Assembly (NCBI GenBank): GCA_028534125.1 | Contig: CM052817.1 | Coordinates: 102,922,001 to 102,986,000, forward strand | Length of the DNA: 64,000 bases | From: Lama glama | Taxonomy: Eukaryota | Direction of reading: 5' to 3' | Shown: piece by piece, positions 13,086 to 21,812 of the stretch | How positions within the stretch are numbered: the stretch's first letter is position 1 | How the letters are laid out: every line of letters starts with the position of its first letter | The notes under the pieces: generated by a model | The model's input: only the letters and a program-made list of their open reading frames with translations | Database searches by the model: none | What the model was told of the DNA's origin: nothing | Made by a program: the position numbers and the translations under genes

Positions 13086-14879
13086 CTGCTTTGACACGAG
13101 TCATGAAGGCGATTCCTAGATATGTGGCGTATACAGGGTCCAAGGACTCACTCTCTAGAACGTTCTCCATTTGGCTCTTTTCCAGTTATGTGTGACACTC
13201 TTCCCTGGGGTATCTTAAAGGTTTAATGACCATGCAATGAGATGTGCTTAGTCACACAATCATCTGAGTATGAAACACAAAACCATAAACTTCAGCTACG
13301 AGGCATGTGGACCAGAAAGATCAGGGCAGAGGAAGGGAGCTCCATCCTCTCAGGATAGTTGCTCCACTGAACTGATGCCAACGTGGTTCTAATGCTGCAC
13401 AAGGGCTGGGATTACCTTAATAAATACTCCAAACCCACTCATAGCCAAAAAAGAGAGCTCAGAACATGCTGGTATCAGCCACCAGGCCAGGGACCATTCG
13501 AGGTGCCCCCAGTGCACAAAATCCATGTCCTGACAGTTTAACATAAATGTAAAATGTAAGGAATACAGAAATGTAAGGAATTCCAGCTCTTCCTCCCCCA
13601 TCACACAAACTAAATGTCATCAATAGGAAGTTCATCAGCACAGAAGATACTAAATGCTGATAGTAAATATAAGGTTTGTGTCTCCATCTCTGTCATGATC
13701 CTGATTTGTAAAATGATTCAGTGTGTTAAAAACTGTTGAAATGTCTTTTTTAAACATTGAGATGAATGCTTTAGTAGCATACGAATACTTAAAATTAGAT
13801 TTTGTTTGAGAAAACTAGTATATTTGGAAGGACTTCTACTTAATGCATCGTTTCAACTTCTTAGAACTATTATCATTTATGAAGTTTTTTTTTTAAATAT
13901 GGTCAATGGCCAATATTTTCATTTAAACTATAAATGTAAGTTGCCAGAGAACTGCTGATTAAGGCAAACATTTCATCGGTTCACTTTCTGAATTTCAATT
14001 AACACCTAATTTACGATCATTCTTAATACAAATACATAGTTGAGCTCTTCTAGAACAGCTTGACAGGATTAGCACACATTTTGTAAAGAGCTGACAAAAC
14101 AAGCATTCCATTAGCCAGCCCACCATGTCTCCAAATGTGATAGTCAATATCCCATTTTTCAGGGCTGCCAATGGCAAGAATGAAATAAATAAGCAAGGAG
14201 TGCCCCTGATTTGAGTAAGAACACATTCTATATAATTCATTCCATAGCTTTGAGGCTATAACTTTTTTTTTTAAATGTTCTTCCCCAAGTATCATTTTTC
14301 AATAGGTAACTAAAGGAAATAAACCATTAAAGCCATATTGCTTAATCATTCTGCTGTACCCAGGGTTGCGGAGAGGATTCTTTACTTCTTCATTTAGGAA
14401 GGGTACGTCCACAATTAATTCCAGATCTTGGAATAGAAAAGAACTCTAAGAGTCCTCAAAATTCCCCTAGTAGAGGAAATCTCACATCCCCAGGAATCTT
14501 GCCAGGCACCTGAGCCCTAGTCCACTCCAGGCCTAGCTGTGGGCTCAAAATGCTTCCGGGGGAGGGGTGAGGGGGGCCTTCCCTACAGTTTGGGGGAGCA
14601 GCATAGCCCCTTTTCCCCACCTCCCCAGACACCAGATGGTCCCAGCAGGATGTGCAAGGATGCATTTTAAATGGATTATTTGCCTCTATCTTTTCCAGGC
14701 ATTTTTAGAAAAGCTTAGGGAAGGTTCTAGTTTTAAATATTTGAAGCAGATGGTGCTATTGTACTATTAGAAACAATAGATAATATTCTAAAAAGAAAAA
14801 ATAATTAATGATAGTGAATCAATGGCATTTGATACTATCAACCTGAGTTCTAGAAACATTTAAGGGTTAACCCCTGTCA

Positions 14880-15260
14880 AGTCGTACACTCACTGACTGA
14901 GAGGCCTAAAAGATTATTAACGTGACTAATGTTCTTAAGGTTTACAAAGAATATGGTGGTAACTACACGCAAGTGAGTCTAAATTTTAAATTAGGAAAGG
15001 TTGCAGAGTTGTACAAAAATAGGATTTATACATATACGATGGGGGGAAAATACATTTTCTATAGAAGAAACTATTCACGGTATATATTAGAGTTCTGTAG
15101 AAAAGTGAGCAATCATGGAGGGCAAGAGAAAAGTTTTGGAATTATATATTAACTTCCTCAAAAAGCTTTCACTAGACTCTACTTACAGACTTTTAACTGT
15201 TCCACGGAGGCTAGGGAAGCCTAAATAGAGAAAAGAAGGCTCAAAGACCACCTACTTGAA
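14880..15260 (+). mobile_element. CR1/L3 LINE reverse-transcriptase fossil
   Basis: One frame reads NV..VYK...GNYTQVSL....GKVAE..KNRI...LEF...V..H......GIIY*LPQKAF...LKD. This is colinear with the CR1 RT motifs ANVTPIFKK..PGNYRPVSLTS..GK..E...K.RI...LLEFF..V..H.D....DIIYLDFQKAF...WLKD. Confidence 0.8.
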
Positions 15261-16351
15261 TGGAAACCGTTAAGGTTCTGTGAATTATTACACCAACTAC
15301 CTCAGAGAAGGAATGCCAGTTAAATTTTGAATTTGCAAAGGACACTACCCTCTTGAGAGACAAAAAATGGGAAGACCTCAGGAAGCTGTGAAAACAAGCA
15401 AACAGAAAGCAGTTTTAGAGCTGGCTTAGTCTGAGAGGATATATTTAAGAAAAAAATAATCTATTTTATCCTATCTGGTATCAGTAATCACCATTTGTGG
15501 ACCAAAAAAATAAATAAATCAATGCGGGACCTCAGGACAAGGACCTTCGAGAATTCTTATCGGCAAATGATAAACAGAATTCAACTCTATGGAATTCTTA
15601 TCCATCCCTTTTGCAGAAACTGTATTTTGGCCACTTTTGAGTTGGCACCAGAGGCAGGAGGAGAAGAAAAAAAAAAAATCAAGATCTGATGAATGAAAAC
15701 TAAAACAGAAGAGATGGTTAAGAGAAGCGGGTCTATGAAAGGCACTTTTAACATGAGGTTTGGCAATCTAAAGAGATGCCAAGCAAGAAATATTTGTTTG
15801 GATATTTAATACTATGATGGACTAAAGCAGACAAGGGATTGAACCTCAAATTATAAACTGCCATACCTAGGAGGCTGCCAATGTAGCTAGAAAGCACAAC
15901 ACTGAGAATTAAAAAAAGGTGAGATCTTACTGAGAGATTATAAATTATGAAAATTGCCCCAAGAGTTAGTCTACCAGGACACTAGGACCCTGGTTATAAA
16001 GAAAAGCTGACAGAAGAATCCCTTCAGGATGTCAAAAGCCCATTTCTATATAAACAGGCTTGCATATGCCACTCTAAAGGCAAATGTAACCTTGCAAGTC
16101 ACTGACCTTTAATCATGCTTGGTTTTTTTCCCAAGAAAAGCAGTTGTTTACTGAGAAGATTAAAGGTAGAAAGTCTTTTTTTCAGTGTTCACACCGGTTT
16201 AAGAGGATAAAGATGCCCTTCTGGACAAACATTATACCTCACTAGTTTTAGCCTCTACTCATCATTCAAAATTCTAATTTCTTCAGTCTCCCTTTTTCAG
16301 GTACTATATTTTCAGTTGTCTGTGCTTTGCTGATATCTCCTCATGTACAAA

Positions 16352-16406
16352 AAGAGAAAAGACAGGAGGAAGGGAGGGGAGGGAGGGAGGAGGGGGAGGG
16401 AGAGAA
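16352..16406 (+). repeat. GA-rich purine tract / (GGGA)n low-complexity repeat
   Basis: aggaggaagggaggggagggagggaggagggggagggagagaa. Confidence 0.85.
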
Positions 16407-17374
16407 CACTGCGCTGGTTTACCAGGTCTCTGCTTTCCAGGTAATCTCTAGACAAATCTGAGAGATTAATTTGTGCACTGAATTTGCCCAGGCTGCTCAC
16501 AGATATTCACAGATACCCGGATTAAGACCCGTTGGTACTGTACAACAATGAAACAGGACACCTCAGTCTCTGTTCTGGAATGACTTCCTGCAGCATCAGC
16601 TGCCCAATGTCCCTCAGGACCGTTCTGAACTAGAGAGAGTAAGAGACATCCAATTGCAAATTCAGATGACTATGTACTGTGCTGACATCTTAATGTGCAA
16701 GACAGACATTCCTTTGAATTATCTGCATCTTTGTGTCTGCCTGCTTATATAGAGAGATGAATTACCGATTTTCTGTTCTAATGGGTTTGGCTATACAAAT
16801 ATATCTGAGGCTGGGCTACCGTGACCTACCTGCTTTCACTTATACTAAAAATGCCTTTCTAAATCACAGTTAAATTAACACAAGTCTTCCTTCTTGTCCT
16901 ATAGCCTCATGAACTAGAAATCAGAGTTCTGAAAGGTGTACAGATTACACTGTCTCACAGATATATTAAGGATGACACCATTTTAACAAGTTCTAATAAA
17001 GAATATTTCTCCTTGGGTAACACTTGATCTTGGTTAGAATAGGAGTTTGGAAATGAGGGATGAAGATCAATATTAATAGTCTATAGAAACTGAGAAGGTA
17101 TTGAGAACTTACTAGTTATTTATCAGTGGTAATCCATCCCTGTGATAAATATTAAAATCAGCTATGATCTCTGTCCTTTACGTTCTAACTGCGTTTAGAA
17201 AAGATAAAACTATGTTCTTAAGTCATTTCACTCATGTCAGATAGTGAAGGTAACTACATTTCTATTATTCTAGACTCCAATAATAACCTGGACGAATTTC
17301 TGTTGTTTGGATTTCAAGGAAGACCTCCAAAAAGCCAGCTAAGAATACAGTGTAATTGTTTAATTTGTACAAGC

Positions 17375-17565
17375 AGACTTTGTAGCCAGGAGACTTGGAA
17401 CTGAGTTCTGGGTAGTCTTATCAAATGTGTTTGACCTCACAGAGCATTTGTTTTCCTATCTGTGTAATGGTAACATTAACAAATTCCATCATATTGGGCT
17501 GTTGTATTGAGTTGAAATGATGTAATCAAAGTATTTTGAAACCGTGTTAGTCACTATGACATCAA
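17375..17565 (+). mobile_element. MIR SINE fragment
   Basis: ccaggagacttgg...gagttctgg...ttttcctatctgtgtaatgg...gggctgttgtattgagttgaaatgatgta. Confidence 0.6.
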
Positions 17566-19953
17566 GCCACCGTATAGTTTCAGGAACTTTAGGACTCCTA
17601 TTAGGGAAGTTCAAAAAGGGCATTTTATTCAGTGGGCCATGCCCTCCATACTGTTCTTGGGAAAGGGCAGATCAAAGGAACCCCAGAATCTAGAGGGCAC
17701 ACCGTCTTGTTTTCTTCCTGGCTATCTTTCACATATCTGTCTTCATCTTTTTTATTTTAGTGACCTTTTATTGACTCTTGTTTGGAATGTTGATGTATTA
17801 TTTAATACTTTTCCCTTTTATTACAATCTTTATTTGTCTTACACAGTGCCAAAAGGATGCACTAAGGTTTTGCTACTCTTGAGCCAGGATGGTAAATCAA
17901 AGCTTTTCATTTCACCAAGTTAAAAAAGCAGGGTTGATCATTTAAAAAGAGATCTCAGGTTTGGGGCTAACTTCTCAGTCTTCCACATGGACAATTCTCA
18001 TTCCTCTTTCACTACACACATGTAGAAGTTTGTTTCTAGTATGCAAAGATAGGGAAGAAATAAGGTTAGAGTAATAATCCACTCAAACTTGTTTTTGCTG
18101 TTTTATCTTCAACAGCTCTGTTCAAAAACAAACCAGTAGTAAAGGAAAAATAAAAGCAAATGCTCTTAGTTTTTTTTTTCCTTGCCTAGACGATCATGTG
18201 CCAAGGAAAATAAACATTTATGCTTGAGGTGTGTTTCAATGCACATGGTACAATTAAATTTTAAAATTGCAAACACTCTAAAATAGAAAAAAAAGCACAT
18301 GTTCACAGAAGCCTCTTCTAGACAATTTCTAATGCTAAGATAAGCCTGAAACAACATAACGTTTGAAAATGTATTAGCTAACTTTGGACACTTCTTACAA
18401 TATATTCATATTTGAAGTTAACAGTTTTTCAAGGCATAAACGTTTACCTTAATGTATATAGAAAACTACATTTTCCTGAAATCAAACCAATGTATACATA
18501 TCCCCTGGTTTTCTCATATTGGTAGCTGGTTAAACCTTTCACACAACAAAAGCATCTGAATGGCTGTTTTCCTAGACAGTCTTTAGAAATAACTTCCTTC
18601 ATTTCTACCTTACCTAAAACAAGAGCGCCCTGAATTTTCACCCAGTTGCAAACATTATTCAAAACAAATTTCTCAATAAAAAGTAGATTTAGGGAGTTGT
18701 ATAGTACTGAATTCTGGCTGCCAGCTTCTACTCATGCACCGCAGCAGAAAGATGTCTCGTCCTCTAAACCAGCAAGAAAGGCCCAGGAAACTTCTGGTGG
18801 AATGGACTGTGTTCAAGGTGATGAGAAAACTTATAAACCGAATTGAATGAAATCAGAATTCTGAATTCCAGACTGACATGTTTCTGCTAAGCTCCTCCAA
18901 GTTTTGAATAAGTATGTGCAGTAAGAGTGCCCCAAGAAAGATCTGATAAGGCCAACACTTAAGGCTCCTTAACGCAAACACACCCTCTGTGTCAGAACAA
19001 TGTGTCATCAAAGGTACAAGTTAAGGGAATTTCCAGCACTTCCCTTCATTTGCGTCCATCTCTCCTAACTTCAGGTCCAAGAGAGGTGAGAAGAGGTTTA
19101 CCTAGCCACGGAAGGGGAGAAACCGAGGCACACGCAGTCCACCCGCACAGAATCCGAGAGGCAAGTCTACCCTTGAGACTTTGCCCTCCCTTCTTCTTGA
19201 GATGAGGCAGAGCGCGCCTTCTGTTTACAGACACTCACCTGATCAGCCCCAGCACCCTCGCGACCACTCTCCTTGCAAGCTGAATGGTGGGTTCACCGAA
19301 CCCAGGTCACCTCGGCCTCAACTCGGCAGAGCAGGGCCCAGAGCCAGGGCGTGTGGCTCCGACCTCAGGCGGCGGGGGGAGCGCGGGTGGGGCGTCCCAC
19401 AGCAGGTCCCAGGGCGCAAGCGAGGGCAAGTTTGAAAGCGAAGGGGAGTTTGAATGGAAAGGCAACTCGGAAGTGTTTAAGCTTTCTTGAAATGAGCAAA
19501 TGCACTCGAATCCATCCGGCCGGGGAGCTTTCGAGGGCGTCGACATCCCCCTGTCGCCTAAGACCCACACCAGACCCTGACCGAGAGGGGGCGAAGGTGT
19601 CCCGACGTGGAGTCGGCTCGCCCGCGAGCGGGGTCCCCGGCGTCCGGCGCCCGGCACCCGGGAGGCGCCGGCCGAGACGCGGAGGGCCGCAGGCGCTGGG
19701 CTCAGAGCCCTGGCGGCGGCGGCGTCCGCGGCTGGTAGCGCCGCGTCGGGGCGGGGAGGGGGAGGGTCGGGACTCCAGAAGGTCCCCGAACTGGGAGCCG
19801 GAGCTTGGCATCCGGTCCTGCGGGCGCGGAGCTGCGGCAGCGGGGGCGGCGCGGCCCCTCGGGGTGGGGAGGGGGTGGGAAGGAGACAGGTGAGACCCGG
19901 CACTCTCGCCGGCCAGCCGCGCCCCCGCCGTCTCGCCCCGAGAGGGCACTCAC

Positions 19954-20122
19954 CGGCTTTGCACGGGTCCTTGTAGTCCAGCGCCTCCGCCTCGTCCTCT
20001 CCGTCGCCACCGAAAGTGTAGTCATAGTCGAGGCCGGCGCAGACCCCCAGCTCCGCGCAGAGGACAGCCCCCGCGGCCACCAGCCACGCGAGCATCCCCG
20101 GGGAAAGCGTCTCTAGCCCCAT
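19954..20122 (-). CDS. TLL1: Tolloid-like protein 1 (astacin/BMP1 family metalloprotease), first coding exon: signal peptide plus start of prodomain; partial CDS
   Basis: Translates [56 protein letters not shown] plus 1 nt, matching the TLL1 N-terminus as I recall it ([11 protein letters not shown]...DYKDPCKA). The ATG at 20122 has strong Kozak context (AAGATGG). The 169-nt coding exon ends in a phase-1 donor CCG|GTGAGT at 19953. Confidence 0.96.
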
Positions 20123-20780
20123 CTTCCTCGCGAAGGAAGCAGGACACCGGCGCCTGTCCCCGCGGGAGGCTCCTCGGCGCGGCCGGCGCTCAGGTGTCCG
20201 GGGACATGGGGCGCCGTCGGGCGGAGAGAGGGCAGGGCGGCCTGTCCCCACGCGCGGGCGAGGTGGCGGGCCGCGGGCGAAGTGGCGGGCCGCGGGCGGG
20301 CGGGCGGGGGCAGGTGGGGAGCGGGTCCGGGCGGGCGCGCGGCCAGGCTGTCTCCAGGCGGCCGTCCTTCCCGCGGCTGCCCCGGGCTCAGGACCCCAGG
20401 CTCAGGTCCCCGGGCTCAGGCCCCGCGCGCGCCCCGCACCCGGGACCTGGAGCCGCTGTGGGAGGACGAGCCCCGCATGCACATCAGCGCGTCTGAGCTG
20501 AAAGTGGGGACCGCGAACGCGGGTGGGTGGCGGACATTCCTTCACCGCCAGACCTTAAAAGCCGCAGAAGCAGCAAAGCAACTGACTGCGAGAAGAACGA
20601 AAGTGGGAGGATTTGGGGATGCACTGTTTGCCTTTCCCCCCCAGGCTGTCTTTTTACCCTCTTCCTAACTTGAAAAAAAAAAAAATTCTTCACAGCATCT
20701 AACCCAATCACTTGCATCCTGCTTACTTATTCATACAATCAGGGTCAGGATCCGGGCCACAGCCTCCTCTCCGCCTCCTT
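20123..20780 (-). other. TLL1: Putative TLL1 5' UTR (upper boundary/TSS approximate)
   Basis: GC-rich leader directly upstream of the ATG. The TSS cannot be read from sequence; the boundary is inferred from the long leader (roughly 0.6 kb) I recall for human TLL1. Confidence 0.55.
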
Positions 20781-21753
20781 TCGGTAGCCCTACACGAGCA
20801 GACAGACGCGAGCGCGCCGAGAATTCCATTTCTAATTTACTAAAGATAAAAATGAATATATCACGCACTGCGTCCCGCGAACAGCAGTTAATAGATGATG
20901 TACGTGCCAGCCGAGAGCGCCAGACCGGGGGTGGGCGAGGGATGATGACAACTCGGCTCCAACCTCCACTTCCCCCCAGTAACAAGGAGCTTGCGTCTCC
21001 CCTTTGTTGCCTCTGCCTCCGTACAGCCCCGAGGGGAAGAAAAGTGCCTGGGCCTCCACCCCTAAGGTAAGGAAACGGACTGCTTTTCAGAGTCCCCCAA
21101 CCGACAAAGTTTTGCTAAGAATTAAGATACTCAGAACTGCAGTTTAAAAAAAAAAATCCAAAATCCAGTTACAGATTGCAGCAGCAGGAAACGCGAAGAC
21201 CTCGCCAAGGGCTGCACTGTGGCTCACGCCGGCTCAGGAAGGGAAGTTGGAAGGAACACTTGGGAAGCAAATTTTCTGTGACAGCTCTGGCGCCCATGCC
21301 CAGAGTTGCTCAGTATCCTTTGGCTTCAGTTGTTTTACTTCAGAGGAGAGTGTGTAAAACCTGGCAGCAGGATTAGCGAGGTAAACCACATGTCAGCCTA
21401 GCAGACGCAGGACAAACACAGGCTGTGGGAAATTGGGGAAGGAAAAAAAAAAATCAGAGGAAATCTCTGCAAAACCCCTGTTGTGAGCAATTCAGAGGTT
21501 TCCCCACATCTGCAAGTAGTTTCCAAAATAGGTGAGAGGACTTCTCCTCCCCCCAAATTTCCAAAGGAGTGGTGATTGGGAAAAAGCCTTCCCTTTACAA
21601 CTAAATCTTGAACTGTCACTCTAGCAGGGACTTGTAAAAAAATCTTCTGTTACCTTTGCATCTTAATTTAATATTTAAATGCCCCTCCTTTTCTGAGTTA
21701 CTATCAACATACAGTCTCATCTAGAGGGAAATAAGGTAACACCACATACACAG

Positions 21754-21772
21754 GCGCGCGAGCGCGCGCGCG

Positions 21773-21807
<35 letters not shown>
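21754..21807. repeat. Compound (GC)n-(CA)n microsatellite
   Basis: gcgcgcg a, then 19 nt of alternating GC (21762-21780), then (CA)13C (21781-21807). Confidence 0.98.

Positions 21808-21812
<5 letters not shown>

Larger units (their letters stand above)
1..19953 (-). other. TLL1: TLL1 intron 1 (5' part; continues beyond the window start)
   Basis: Begins at the GTGAGT donor at 19953-19948. I did not recognise exon-2-like sequence (AVFWGDIALD...) in 1-19953, and TLL1 intron 1 is very long in other mammals. Confidence 0.85.
19230..20960. promoter_or_regulatory. TLL1: CpG island / TLL1 promoter
   Basis: Sharp rise in GC and CpG density against a CpG-depleted AT-rich background. Spans exon 1. 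Contains GC boxes (GGGCGG repeats at 20294-20310), CCAAT at 20704-20708, AGATAA at 20844-20849 and TACGTG at 20901-20906. Confidence 0.92.

Noticed and set aside
13545..13585. Short tandem duplication (AAATGTAAGGAAT twice); similar ones near 33895 and 48540
   Set aside because: Ordinary slippage duplications, with no repeat-spacer periodicity that would suggest CRISPR or a satellite.
19541..19560. CTCF-like GGCGACAGGGGGATG in intron 1
   Set aside because: Mismatches at core positions, and such near-matches are common in GC-rich DNA.
19307..20251. 314-aa minus-strand ORF as a full protein, or a GTG-initiated N-terminal extension of TLL1
   Set aside because: Only the 56 codons from ATG 20122 resemble TLL1. 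The rest is 5' UTR and read-through past a canonical donor in stop-poor GC-rich DNA. The true ATG has strong context and directly precedes a signal peptide.
19002..21070. Many overlapping Arg/Pro/Gly/Ala-rich ORFs on both strands
   Set aside because: Expected by-product of CpG-island composition; no recognisable domains.
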